A stretch of 32,000 nucleotides of DNA from Bacillus subtilis subsp. subtilis str. 168 (GTDB lineage Bacteria > Bacillota > Bacilli > Bacillales > Bacillaceae): positions 2,910,001 to 2,942,000 of the forward strand of contig NC_000964.3 of the NCBI RefSeq assembly GCF_000009045.1, written 5' to 3'. Within the stretch, counting starts at the first letter, position 1. Every line of letters begins with the position of its first letter. Below the pieces are notes generated by a model. That model was not told the origin of the DNA. It saw nothing but the letters and a program-made list of their open reading frames with translations, and did no database searches. Of this stretch, positions 1 through 8,591 are shown one piece after another. Position numbers and translations under genes: made by a program.

Positions 1-746
1 TTCTGTTCCATGGATGATTCCTCCTCAATTAATGTTCCCGCTTCGGTTTCTGTACTTGAACGCACTTCTAACGGCACTTGGTAATTTTTCGCGAACTCAA
101 CTGCTCTCGGATGAAGAACACCGGCGCCTAAATTGGCAAGCTCAAGCATTTCATCGTATGAGATGCCCTCAAGTTTTCTCGCTGATTTCACATAGCGCGG
201 ATCGGTTGTAAACACGCCTGGCACGTCTGTGTATATGTCACATTTATCAGCTTTTAAAGCGGCAGCCAAAGCAACTGCTGTTGTATCTGAACCGCCCCGG
301 CCCAATGTCGTAATTTCACAATCCTCTGTCATGCCTTGGAATCCTGCAACAATGACAATTTTTCCTTTTTCAAGCTGGTCTGCTAAAACCGAAGTGTCGA
401 TATCTGTAATTCTGGCGTTTCCGTGAATGGCCTCCGTACGGATTCCCGCCTGCCAGCCAGTATAAGACACAGCGTCATAGCCTTTTTCCTGCAATGCCAT
501 TGAAAGGAGTGAAATCGTGACCTGCTCGCCTGTCGCCAGCAGCATATCCATTTCGCGTTTGCTCGGCTGGTCAGAAATAGCTTTTGCAAGGCTGACCAAT
601 TCGTCAGTGGATTTTCCCATTGCTGAAACGACGACAACGACTTGATGGCCTTTCTGTTTTTCTGCAATTGCGCGGTTTGCCGCATTTTGAATTTTTTCGA
701 CTGAGCCGACGGAAGTGCCTCCGAATTTTTGTACAATAAGACCCAT
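1..746 (-). CDS. lysC: Aspartokinase II (LysC), N-terminal about 248 codons; the gene runs off the left edge of the window
   Basis: Absent from the ORF track because there is no stop codon in the window. The minus strand from ATG 746..744 reads [15 protein letters not shown] (amino-acid kinase KFGGTS motif). At the left edge it reads ...[67 protein letters not shown] lies 6 nt upstream of the ATG. The 154-aa track ORF 383..847 is out of frame with this gene. Confidence 0.95.
   Translation of the reverse strand, partial: MGLIVQKFGGTSVGSVEKIQNAANRAIAEKQKGHQVVVVVSAMGKSTDELVSLAKAISDQPSKREMDMLLATGEQVTISLLSMALQEKGYDAVSYTGWQAGIRTEAIHGNARITDIDTSVLADQLEKGKIVIVAGFQGMTEDCEITTLGRGGSDTTAVALAAALKADKCDIYTDVPGVFTTDPRYVKSARKLEGISYDEMLELANLGAGVLHPRAVEFAKNYQVPLEVRSSTETEAGTLIEEESSMEQ
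9..26 (-). promoter_or_regulatory. lysC: Internal in-frame translation initiation site inside lysC (SD GAGGAGGAA plus ATG) for the overlapping beta subunit
   Basis: The minus strand reads ttGAGGAGGAAtcatccATGgaa. The ATG occupies 11..9, and 746-11=735=3x245, so it is codon 246 of the lysC frame. It has a strong SD with a 6-nt spacer. This matches the known alpha/beta overlapping-cistron organisation of B. subtilis aspartokinase II. Confidence 0.7.
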
Positions 747-803
747 GTATTACCACCCTTTACATTTTGGTTCGTGCGGGTGAGGAGAAAGAGCGCTTTG
801 TCC

Positions 804-842
804 ACAATAAAAAAAGCAATGAGAGGAATACTCTCATTGCTT
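804..842 (-). terminator. Rho-independent terminator (expression platform of the lysC L-box leader)
   Basis: The minus strand reads AAGCAATGAGAG-tattc-CTCTCATTGCTT followed by TTTTTTTATT. This is a 12-bp perfect stem (814..825 / 831..842) located between the riboswitch aptamer and the lysC start. Confidence 0.9.
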
Positions 843-1051
843 ATCAATTAATCATCATAAATGATTATGAACAACGAGATAGCCCTCCAAGAAAATGATT
901 TCTTGACAGCCTTACATTTATTCAATGCACGGCCAGCAAATAATACCGATGGGGTTTTATTTGCTTCGGCGACGCTCCCCTTTCAGCCTTTTTCACAGAA
1001 TCCATCTTTCTCCAAAGGCATACTCTTGAAGTTCGCACCTCTATCTTCACC
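804..1051 (-). promoter_or_regulatory. Lysine (L-box) riboswitch leader of lysC
   Basis: The minus strand from about 1051 reads GGTGAAGATAGAGGTGCGAACTTCAAGAGTATGCCTTTGGAGAAAGATGGATTCTGTGAAAAAGGCTGAAAGGGGAGCGTCGCCGAAGCAAATAAAACCCCATCGGTATTATTTGCTGGCCGTGCATTGAATAAATGTAAGGCTGTCAAG... The conserved L-box core elements are present (AGAGGTGC 5' start, GGAGAAAG, GAAAGGGGAGCGTCGCCGAAG, CTGTCAAG). P1 closes GATAG/CTATC at about 1040s/877..881, followed by the terminator at 804..842. Confidence 0.88.
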
Positions 1052-1084
1052 ATATAACACGATCTAACTATGAAATTAGTTCAC

Positions 1085-1113
1085 ATTTTATCAGATCTTA
1101 TTTAAAAGGACAA
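1085..1113 (-). promoter_or_regulatory. Sigma-A type promoter of the lysC leader
   Basis: The minus strand reads TTGTCC (1113..1108), a 17-nt spacer, then TAAAAT (1090..1085). It sits immediately after the uvrC stop codon (1116..1118) and about 30 nt upstream of the L-box. Confidence 0.6.
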
Positions 1114-1115
1114 CA

Positions 1116-2888
1116 TTATTTTTGCAATTTGTCGTAAAGGAGCTGAGCCGCCGCTGCGGGAACACCGGCTTTTTTGATGTCCTCAAGGCTTGCTTCCTTC
1201 ATTTTTTTAACGGAACCGAAATGCTTTAACAGCATTTTCTTTCTTTTCTCTCCGATACCCGGGATGTCGTCCAAAACGGATTGAAACGCGCTTTTTCCCC
1301 GGATTTGCCTGTGAAAACTGATTGCAAAACGGTGCACCTCGTCCTGAATGCGCTGCAGGAGGTAAAATTCCTGGCTGTTTCGTTCCAGATACGCCACCTC
1401 CAGCGGATCACCGATCAGTAAATTTGAGGTTCTGTGTTTTTCATCTTTCGCTAAACCGGCGATCGGGATATCCAAGCCGAGTTCATTTTCAATGACATCC
1501 CTTGCTGCGTTGATCTGCCCTTTTCCTCCGTCAATGATAATCAGATCGGGCAGCGGCAGATTCTCACGAAGCACTCTCGTATAGCGTCTTCTGACAACCT
1601 CTCTCATAGAACCGTAATCATCCGGCCCTGTAACAGTTTTGATTTTATATTTGCGGTATTCCTTTTTGTATGGTTTGCCATCGATAAACACAATCATCGC
1701 GGAAACCGGGTTTGTCCCCTGTATATTTGAGTTATCAAACGCTTCAATTCTGTGCGGCGTATAAATATTTAATGCCTCACCTAGTTTCTGCACTGCCCCG
1801 ATTGAACGCTCCTCGTCCCGTTCGATTAAAGAGAATTTTTCTTTCAATGCGATTTTCGCATTTTTATGGGCAAGCATGAGCAGTTCTTTTTTCGGGCCTT
1901 TTTTCGGCTGGTGAACGTTTGTTTCCAGTAGCTGCTCGATCATAGATTGATCTATGCTGTCCGGAACTAAAATCTCCTTCGGAAGGAAGTGGTTGTTTTT
2001 TGAATAGAACTGCCCGATGAACGTGAGGAACTCTTCATCTGCTTCCTGATAAAGCGGGAACATGCTGACATCGCGTTCAATGAGCTTTCCTTGGCGGATG
2101 AAAAAGACCTGCACGCACATCCAGCCCTTATCGTACGCGTACGCGAACACATCACGGTCGACTAGATCGTTCATCGTCATTTTTTGTTTTTCCATCGTTG
2201 ATTCAATATGGGCAATTTGGTCACGAAGCTCTTTTGCTCGTTCAAACTCAAGATTCTCAGCAGCTTCATGCATTTTCTCTTCAAGCTCTTTTTTGACCTC
2301 ATTATAGCCGCCCCTTAAGAAACGTGTAATGCTTTCAACCAGCTCTCTGTTCGTCTCTTCGGAAATATCCTTTACACACGGAGCAAGGCATTGGCCCAGA
2401 TGATAGTAAAGGCACACTCTGTCCGGGAGCTTGGAGCATTTTCTGAGAGGATACAGACGGTCGAGCAGTTTTTTTGTTTCCCTTGCTGCCTGTACATTCG
2501 GATACGGCCCGAAATAGCGCCCTTTGTCTTTTTTGACATTGCGGGTGACAATCAGCCTTGGGTGGCGTTCATGGGTGAGTTTTATGAAAGGATAGGTTTT
2601 GTCGTCTTTGAGCATGACGTTGTATTTCGGATCATGCTTTTTGATCAGATTCATTTCTAAAATAAGCGCTTCAAGATTGGAGGACGTCACAATATATTCA
2701 AAATCCTCGATTTCCGTCACAAGCCTTTGGGTTTTCGCGTCGTGAGAACCGGTGAAGTAGGAGCGCACTCTGTTTTTCAGCACTTTTGCTTTCCCTACGT
2801 AGATCACAGTCTGCTGCCGGTCCTTCATGAGATAACAACCCGGTTGATCAGGAAGGAGGGCGAGTTTTTCTTTCAGTTGTTTGTTCAT
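1116..2888 (-). CDS. uvrC: Excinuclease ABC subunit C (UvrC)
   Basis: 590-aa ORF. N-terminal GIY-YIG module (GCYLMKD...[18 protein letters not shown]), UvrBC-type region, and C-terminal helix-hairpin-helix ([18 protein letters not shown]). SD AAGGAAGGG lies 6 nt before the ATG at 2888. Confidence 0.97.
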   Translation of the reverse strand: MNKQLKEKLALLPDQPGCYLMKDRQQTVIYVGKAKVLKNRVRSYFTGSHDAKTQRLVTEIEDFEYIVTSSNLEALILEMNLIKKHDPKYNVMLKDDKTYPFIKLTHERHPRLIVTRNVKKDKGRYFGPYPNVQAARETKKLLDRLYPLRKCSKLPDRVCLYYHLGQCLAPCVKDISEETNRELVESITRFLRGGYNEVKKELEEKMHEAAENLEFERAKELRDQIAHIESTMEKQKMTMNDLVDRDVFAYAYDKGWMCVQVFFIRQGKLIERDVSMFPLYQEADEEFLTFIGQFYSKNNHFLPKEILVPDSIDQSMIEQLLETNVHQPKKGPKKELLMLAHKNAKIALKEKFSLIERDEERSIGAVQKLGEALNIYTPHRIEAFDNSNIQGTNPVSAMIVFIDGKPYKKEYRKYKIKTVTGPDDYGSMREVVRRRYTRVLRENLPLPDLIIIDGGKGQINAARDVIENELGLDIPIAGLAKDEKHRTSNLLIGDPLEVAYLERNSQEFYLLQRIQDEVHRFAISFHRQIRGKSAFQSVLDDIPGIGEKRKKMLLKHFGSVKKMKEASLEDIKKAGVPAAAAQLLYDKLQK

Positions 2889-2971
2889 ATGTTACCCTTC
2901 CTTATGTTTAATCCTTTATTTCCAGTTTAACACGAACGTTTGTTTTTCTCTATGGTTCACAATTGGCGAAT

Positions 2972-3001
2972 AAAAAAAGCGATCCCTCAATCGGAATCGC
3001 T
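2972..3001 (-). terminator. Rho-independent terminator downstream of trxA
   Basis: The minus strand reads AGCGATTCCGATTGAGGGATCGCT followed by TTTTTTTATT (plus-strand A-run 2972..2978). It lies 22 nt after the trxA stop. Confidence 0.8.
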
Positions 3002-3023
3002 CTGGCATGTAAGCAGCGGAAAA

Positions 3024-3338
3024 TTAAAGATGTTTGTTTACAAGCTCTTGAAGCGCTTCTTTTGGTTTGAAGCCGACTGAAGTTTCAACTACTTCGCCGT
3101 CTTTTAACACAAGAAGAGTCGGGATGCTCATAACGCCGTATTTTCCGGCAGTTTCTTGGTTTTCGTCTACATCGATTTTTACGATTTTCAGTTTGTCTCC
3201 CATTTCTTGATCCAATTCTTCAAGAACAGGTGCAATCATTTTACAAGGTCCGCACCAAGGAGCCCAGAAGTCTGCCAGTACGACGCCTTCGCTTGTTTCA
3301 GCTGAGAAAGATTGATCAGTTGCTTTTACGATAGCCAT
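3024..3338 (-). CDS. trxA: Thioredoxin A
   Basis: [11 protein letters not shown]...[18 protein letters not shown]... with the canonical WCGPC active site, 104 aa. The track ORF (121 aa, to 3389) is 5'-extended. The ATG at 3338 is preceded by SD GGAGGAA (3352..3346). Confidence 0.97.
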
Positions 3339-3372
3339 TATTGAATTCCTCCAATGTGAAATGATGATTTTT

Positions 3373-3381
3373 AGTATAGCA
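3373..3381 (-). promoter_or_regulatory. Candidate extended -10 (TGcTATACT) of a trxA promoter
   Basis: The minus strand reads gagaTGcTATACTaaaaatc about 35 nt upstream of the trxA SD. No good -35 is visible, and additional (stress) promoters cannot be placed by eye. Confidence 0.4.
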
Positions 3382-3482
3382 TCTCCCATTCGTTCACGCT
3401 ATTTTAATGCTTACAAATTATTTTTTCCTGATCACAGCCGGTTTACTCATTTTTATATGGTTGAATGGGATATGCTCTTTTT

Positions 3483-3554
3483 TTAAAACACAAATCTGAT
3501 AATGGCCCCGATCACTACAATTGCCCCAATAATCATTAAAATGGTACGAAGCAT
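3483..3554 (-). CDS. Candidate 23-aa hydrophobic micro-protein (MLRTILMIIGAIVVIGAIIRFVF)
   Basis: ATG at 3554 is preceded by GAGGAGAtgtgatctt. A single predicted TM-like segment is flanked by R/K. It lies between the abf2 terminator and the trxA promoter region. The 63-aa track version (to 3674) would run through the abf2 terminator and stop codon, so only the short form is plausible. Confidence 0.3.
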   Translation of the reverse strand: MLRTILMIIGAIVVIGAIIRFVF

Positions 3555-3619
3555 AAGATCACATCTCCTCTTCACTGTCATGTACTTTACCATGCCCTGC
3601 CGGAGCTGTTTTAAAACCT

Positions 3620-3654
3620 GAAAAAGAGCGCCGGCATGAAGCTCCGGCGCTCTT
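3620..3654 (-). terminator. Rho-independent terminator downstream of abf2
   Basis: The minus strand reads AGAGCGCCGG-agcttcat-GCCGGCGCTCT followed by TTTTC. This is a 10-bp GC-rich stem (3625..3634 / 3644..3653) starting 7 nt after the abf2 stop. Confidence 0.85.
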
Positions 3655-3660
3655 GCGCGA

Positions 3661-5148
3661 TTAAGAATCAGCACGCAGCGTAAGTAAGACGACTGACATT
3701 GGCGGGAGTTTTACTTTCAGTTTGTTTTTGCTGAGCGTGTATTGTCTGAAGGATTCCGGTTTGACATGATGAGGATCGTCAAACGTGTTATGCGCATTCA
3801 TTTTTTCTGCCGTAAGAATGACTCCGGAATGGTCCGCTGCCTTGTGTAGGCCCCTCAGCTCGATTTCCGCCTCTGCTTTGTTTTGGTGATCGATGTTGCA
3901 AATTGTGATATTGATATCGCCTTCAGCTTGTTTCGACGCTGAAATGCTGATTTGCGGAAGCGTTTCACCGTTCCATTCATAGTCGGCAGACATTGTCTCT
4001 GTGGCTAAAAGAGAAGCGTCCTGGTGCACCTTAAACATATTGAATACATGGTACGTCGGTGTCAAAAGCATCCGCTCTCCCTCAGTCAAAATCATCGCTT
4101 GAAGAACATTTACTGTTTGGGCGATGTTGGCCATTTGCACCCGGCGGCAATGCTGATGGAAAATGTGGAAATGAGAAGCCGCCACCAGTGCATCACGAAT
4201 GGTGTTTTGCTGATATAAGAAACCGGGATTCGTGCCTGGCTCGGGATCAAACCACGTGCCCCATTCATCAATAATCAGCCCGACCCGCTGCTCCGGATCG
4301 TACCGGTCCATAATCGTGCCGTGTTTTTGAATCAATTCATCGATGTATTTGGCTTTTTTCATCGTAATAAACCATTCATCTTCCGTGAATTCTGTGGCTG
4401 ATCCTTTGCCCTTCCAGAAATCCCCCGGAATCGTGTAATAATGAAGACTCAACCCGTCCATCAGGCCAGCGGCTTTTTTCATAAGCACGTCCGTCCAATT
4501 AAAATCATCCACATTTGCGCCGCCTGCAATTTTATAAATGTCATTCCCGCTGTAATTGCGGACATAAGTCTGAAAACGCCGGTACAGATCTGCGTAGTAT
4601 TCGGGATGCATGTTGCCGCCGCAGCCCCAGTTTTCATTGCCCACGCCGAAATATTTCAGCTTCCAAGGCTCTTCTCTTCCATTTTGCTTTCTCCAGTCTG
4701 ACATCGGCGTGCCTTCTTCAAATGTCATATACTCAATCCACTCCGACATTTCCTGAACGGTTCCGCTTCCGACATTGCCGCAAATATATGGCTCGCATTC
4801 AAGCAGCTCGCAAAGCATCATAAATTCATGCGTTCCGAATTCATTTGATTCAATTGTACCGCCCCAGTGAGTGTTCAGCATTGTCTTACGGTCACCGACA
4901 CCGTTTGCCCAATGGTATTCGTCCGCAAAACACCCGCCCGGCCACCTAAGGACAGGAATGTGCAGCTGTTTGAGCGCCTCCAGCACGTCCTTTCGTATCC
5001 CGTTGATATTGGGGATGTCTGAGTCCGTTCCGACCCAGATCCCCTCATAAATCCCTCTTCCTAAATGCTCAGCAAAATGACCGTATATATTTTTGTTAAT
5101 GGTTCCTTTTGCGATATCTGTTTGAATCACTGCTTGATGTTCAGACAT
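3661..5148 (-). CDS. abf2: Alpha-L-arabinofuranosidase, GH51 (Abf2/Xsa)
   Basis: GH51 hallmarks: [44 protein letters not shown] (acid/base Glu), IDEWGTW (nucleophile Glu). It is a paralogue of abfA at 28330..29832. Start choice is uncertain: the track gives 5169; I prefer MSEHQ at 5148 (495 aa), and the alternatives at 5160 and 5169 have poorer SD placement. Confidence 0.9.
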
Positions 5149-5233
5149 GCCTCTGATCATTCCTTTCATACGGATATGAAAAGCACCACAGTCAAATATG
5201 TGATCTGTCGTTTGCCTGAGGAGTCAGCATGAA

Positions 5234-5247
5234 TGTAAGCGCTTTTA
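5234..5247. promoter_or_regulatory. Catabolite-responsive element (cre, CcpA site) in the abf2 leader
   Basis: The plus strand reads TGTAAGCGCTTTTA. This matches 13 of 14 positions of the cre consensus TGWAANCGNTNWCA and lies just downstream of the putative -10. Confidence 0.65.
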
Positions 5248-5252
5248 AAGTA

Positions 5253-5281
5253 ACCATATTATATATGTTCGTACATGTCAA
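5253..5281 (-). promoter_or_regulatory. Sigma-A type promoter of abf2
   Basis: The minus strand reads TTGACA (5281..5276), 17 nt, then TATGGT (5258..5253). A TATAAT overlaps it but with too short a spacer. The promoter is flanked and overlapped by the AraR-type boxes. Confidence 0.55.
5263..5278. promoter_or_regulatory. AraR-type operator (promoter-proximal box)
   Basis: atatgttCGTACAtgt contains the TGTACG(A/T)A core (minus-strand orientation) typical of AraR operators in the arabinose regulon. It overlaps the spacer and -35. Confidence 0.6.
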
Positions 5282-5302
5282 CGACATTTTCTATTGTTTT
5301 TA

Positions 5303-5318
5303 TATTTGTACGTATGTA
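5303..5318. promoter_or_regulatory. AraR-type operator (distal box)
   Basis: tattTGTACGTAtgta has the same TGTACG(A/T)A core in the opposite orientation. Its GTAC centre is 37 bp from that of the proximal box. Confidence 0.6.
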
Positions 5319-5329
5319 TTTATAAATAT

Positions 5330-5358
5330 GAAAAAACCCGGACTTTTAAAGTCCGGGA
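5330..5358 (-). terminator. Rho-independent terminator downstream of etfA (end of the lcfA-fadR-fadB-etfB-etfA unit)
   Basis: The minus strand reads CCCGGACT-ttaaa-AGTCCGGG followed by TTTTTTC. It starts 7 nt after the etfA stop. Confidence 0.9.
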
Positions 5359-5364
5359 TTTCCT

Positions 5365-6342
5365 TTATGAGTGTATATTCAGCTGTTTGAATTCCTCAGT
5401 TAATAACGGGACAACTTCAAATAAATCACCGACGATGCCGTAATCCGCTATTTTAAAGATATCGGCTTCGGGGTCTTTATTGATGGCGACGATCACCTTG
5501 CTGTTTGACATGCCGGCCAAATGCTGGATGGCGCCGGAAATGCCGCATGCAATGTACAAATCCGGAGTAACGACTTTCCCGGTCTGCCCGATTTGGAGAG
5601 CATAATCGCAATAATCAGCGTCACATGCCCCGCGAGAAGCCCCGACTGCGGCCCCTAGCACCTCTGCAAGCTCCTGCAGCGGCTGAAATCCTTCCTTGCT
5701 TTTGACTCCTCGGCCGCCCGCAACGATAATTTTCGCTTCGGAGAGATCAACACCGTCCGCCGTTTTTTTCACGACCTCTTGGATAACAGTGCGGAGGTCA
5801 GTAAGAGAAACATCAATGCTTTCGATGCTCCCCGATCTGCTGGTGTCTTTTTCTGAAGCTTGAATGTTATTGGGGCGAATTGTTGCAAAGATCATCGGAT
5901 CGGTTGAAATGACGCGTTCAAAAGCTTTCCCCGAGTAAATCGGCCGTGTGAACACAACATTCCCTCCGGTAACGCTTACATCTATAGCATCAGAAATTAA
6001 GCCTGTTTGCAGACGGGCAGCAAGCTTCGGTGAAAGATCCTTGCCCATTGCCGTATGCCCGAAGATGACTGAATCAGGATTTTCTTGCTCGATAACACCT
6101 CTCATGACCTGGCTGTACCCGTCTGCCGTGTATGTTTTCAGCTTCGGGTCCTCAGCGGTAAGAACTTTATCTGCTCCGTAATGAATAAGCTCTTGTGCAA
6201 TGCTTTGTACATTTTCACCGATGAGAACACCGATGACTTCCCCATCTCCTGAAATGGTTCTTCCTGCAGCTATTGCTTCAAAGGTGACATTTCGCAATTC
6301 CCCATCGCGTATTTCTCCAAGCACGATCACTTTTTTTCCCAT
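5365..6342 (-). CDS. etfA: Electron transfer flavoprotein alpha subunit
   Basis: 325 aa. The C-terminal FAD-binding ETF-alpha signature is [27 protein letters not shown] lies 7 nt before the ATG at 6342. Confidence 0.95.
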
Positions 6343-6377
6343 TCTAACATCCCCCTGTTTCTTTGAATGTCCAAGTT

Positions 6378-7151
6378 TTAAATGACTTTAGCTTCGCTGC
6401 GGAGCAATGAAACAAGCTCTTTTGCCTGTTCAGCAGGCTCACCTTGGAGAAGCTTCCCGGCTTCTTTTTTCGGCGGCAGAAAACGTTCAATGGTTTTCAG
6501 CTTTGGTTCAGCATCCTCTTCGTCCAGATCAAGATCATCAAGTTCAAGCTCTTCAAGCGGCTTTTTCTTAGCCTTCATAATTCCCGGAAGCGATGGATAG
6601 CGCGGCTCGTTTAAGCCCTGCTGAGCTGTGACAAGCAATGGGAGCGTCGTTTTGATTTTTTCAACATCCCCTTCGACGTCCCTTTCTGCTTCTGCATCAG
6701 TGCCGTTGATTTCGAGTTTGGTGATCGTAGTGATACACGGAATGTCCAGTAGCTCGGCAAGCCGAGGCGCCACTTGTCCTGATCCTCCGTCAATGGCAAC
6801 ATTTCCGCCGAGAATCAAATCAAACTCCTGATCCTTCATATAGTGGTATAAAACTTGAGAAATGGAATATTGGTCGGGTTCATCAAGATCATCTTCTATG
6901 TTGATTAAAACAGCTTGGTCACAACCCATGGCAAGCGCCGTACGCAATTCTTTCTCCGCTTCTTCACCGCCGACCGTGACAGCGGTGATCGTGCCGCCAT
7001 GCTTTTCCTTCAGCTGGATGGCTTCTTCTATCGCGTACTCATCATATGGATTAATGATCCATTCCGCTCCGTCATCCTGAATCTTTCCTGTTTCAATGAC
7101 GATTTTTTCTTCTGTGTCAAACGTCCGTTTCATCAGTACAAATAGATTCAT
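6378..7151 (-). CDS. etfB: Electron transfer flavoprotein beta subunit
   Basis: MNLFVLMKRTFDTEEKI... is a typical ETF-beta N-terminus, 257 aa. I prefer the ATG at 7151 (SD AAGGGGA, 7-nt spacer) over the track start at 7157, which sits on the SD. Confidence 0.93.
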   Translation of the reverse strand: MNLFVLMKRTFDTEEKIVIETGKIQDDGAEWIINPYDEYAIEEAIQLKEKHGGTITAVTVGGEEAEKELRTALAMGCDQAVLINIEDDLDEPDQYSISQVLYHYMKDQEFDLILGGNVAIDGGSGQVAPRLAELLDIPCITTITKLEINGTDAEAERDVEGDVEKIKTTLPLLVTAQQGLNEPRYPSLPGIMKAKKKPLEELELDDLDLDEEDAEPKLKTIERFLPPKKEAGKLLQGEPAEQAKELVSLLRSEAKVI

Positions 7152-7165
7152 GATCATATCCCCTT

Positions 7166-7942
7166 TTATTCGCCTTTGAACTGAGGCTTTCTTTTTTCGA
7201 GAAATGCCTGGATGCCTTCCTTGGCGTCCTCTGACTCAAATGCTTCCCCAAATCGCTTTGCTTCAAGCTTTAAGCTGCCTTCATAGGAATACACCTTGTT
7301 GGAATAAAGAAGTTCAAGCAAAGATGCCAGCGTTTGCGGGCTTTTCTCTGCAAACTTAGCGGCAAGTGCTTTTGCTTTTTCAATCACTTCTGCCTCATCT
7401 TTCGCTCCAATTGAGACAAGTCCGAGATCAAGCGCTTCTTTTCCGGATATCGGTTCTCCTGATCCGATGAGCTCCAGTGCTTTGGCTGTACCGACATATC
7501 TCGGAAGGCGCTGTGTCCCCGCAAAACCTGGAATGATACCGAGATTAAGCTCCGGGAGCCCCAGCTTAGCATCTTCTGCCGCGATTCTGATGTGACAGGC
7601 CATTGCAAGCTCCAGCCCGCCTCCGAGAGCAGCGCCGTGAATCGCTGCGATAATCGGTTTTGGAAAACTTTCGATTCTCTCCATTAACTGCTGGCCGCGC
7701 TCAGCGAGCAATGAGGAATCCTCATTGCCTTTAAGCGATGTAAATTCTTTAATATCAGCGCCGGCTGAGAAAAATCTTCCCTCGCCGTGAATGATAATGC
7801 TTCGTACGCCTGCATCTGTCTCACATTGATCAAGACAGGAAGACAGCTCTTCTAATATCCGGCTTGAAAGCGCGTTTGCCGGCGGATTGTGAATCGTCAA
7901 GACTGCCACAAATTGATCAACCGCAAGTGAAATTGCATTCAT
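7166..7942 (-). CDS. fadB: Enoyl-CoA hydratase (crotonase family)
   Basis: 258 aa. Crotonase motifs FSAGADIKEF and AAIHGAALGGGLELAMACHIRIA are present. Confidence 0.93.
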   Translation of the reverse strand: MNAISLAVDQFVAVLTIHNPPANALSSRILEELSSCLDQCETDAGVRSIIIHGEGRFFSAGADIKEFTSLKGNEDSSLLAERGQQLMERIESFPKPIIAAIHGAALGGGLELAMACHIRIAAEDAKLGLPELNLGIIPGFAGTQRLPRYVGTAKALELIGSGEPISGKEALDLGLVSIGAKDEAEVIEKAKALAAKFAEKSPQTLASLLELLYSNKVYSYEGSLKLEAKRFGEAFESEDAKEGIQAFLEKRKPQFKGE

Positions 7943-7956
7943 AGGACAGAACTCCT

Positions 7957-8541
7957 TTACTTATTGTGAATTCCGGATACCAATAATTCTAAAACGCTGT
8001 TTGAAAGCGCAACGAGATCGTACTTTTGGTCATTCATCACCCAAGTTGTCACAGTTTCGTCAATCGTTCCAAAAATCATCTGCCGGGCGAGGCGGACATC
8101 GAGGCCTTCTTTTATTTCGCCTGATTGTATACCTTCCGTCAAAATGCCATCCAAAATATTTAAGTAGCCTTTTAATATTTCGTTGATTTTTTGGCGCAGC
8201 TCCAAGTTGGATTGGCGGAGCTCAAGCTGCGTGACAATGGCGAGATTATGGTCACCCGCTAAAAGGGAAAAATGCTTTGAAATCACAAGCGCCAATTTCT
8301 CTTTCGCTGTTGCTTTTTCTTTAATGTCCTCTTCCATCCGCTCAATAAATTGACCCATTTTTTCTTTGAAAAGAGAAATTAAAATATCTTCTTTGTTTTT
8401 AAAATAGAGATAGATGGTGCCGTCCGCTACCCCGGCTTGTTTGGCAATTTTGGATACCTGTGACTGGTGGTAGCCGTTTTCTGCAATGACTTCTACTGCT
8501 GCATCAATAATCTGCATATACTTTGGCCGTTTTTGCTTCAA
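7957..8541 (-). CDS. fadR: TetR-family transcriptional repressor of fatty-acid degradation (FadR/YsiA)
   Basis: 194 aa. N-terminal TetR HTH (AAVEVIAENGYHQSQVSKIAKQAGVADGTIYLYFKNKEDI). TTG start at 8541 with AGGAAGGAA 9 nt upstream. Confidence 0.92.
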   Translation of the reverse strand: MKQKRPKYMQIIDAAVEVIAENGYHQSQVSKIAKQAGVADGTIYLYFKNKEDILISLFKEKMGQFIERMEEDIKEKATAKEKLALVISKHFSLLAGDHNLAIVTQLELRQSNLELRQKINEILKGYLNILDGILTEGIQSGEIKEGLDVRLARQMIFGTIDETVTTWVMNDQKYDLVALSNSVLELLVSGIHNK

Positions 8542-8565
8542 TGTTCATCGTTCCTTCCTATAGAA

Positions 8566-8585
8566 ATGAATGACTATTCATTCAT
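8566..8585. promoter_or_regulatory. FadR-type operator (perfect 8-4-8 palindrome)
   Basis: ATGAATGA-CTAT-TCATTCAT has perfect 8-bp inverted arms. It lies directly downstream of the -10 at 8592..8597 and 25 nt upstream of the fadR start. It matches my recollection of the TGAATGA...TCATTCA FadR box. Confidence 0.75.
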
Positions 8586-8591
8586 AATTTC

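Noticed and set aside
383-847. 154-aa minus-strand ORF from the track (MISNESIPLIAFF...)
   Set aside because: It is out of frame with the recognisable lysC reading frame (start 746). It begins inside the L-box terminator and has no SD. It is an alternative-frame artefact.
861-1067. 68-aa plus-strand ORF
   Set aside because: It lies entirely antisense to the lysC L-box riboswitch leader, has no SD, and the sequence is explained by the RNA element.
2933-2946. LexA (Cheo-box-like) sequence CGAACGTTTGTTTT upstream of uvrC
   Set aside because: Only one half-site (CGAAC) is perfect. The second half (GTTTT versus GTTCG) matches 3 of 5 positions. This is not enough to call an SOS box without a matrix score or binding data.
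3483-3674. 63-aa version of the small ORF between abf2 and trxA
   Set aside because: Its 5' part overlaps the abf2 stop codon and reads through the abf2 terminator hairpin (3620..3654). Only the distal 23-codon version has an SD.
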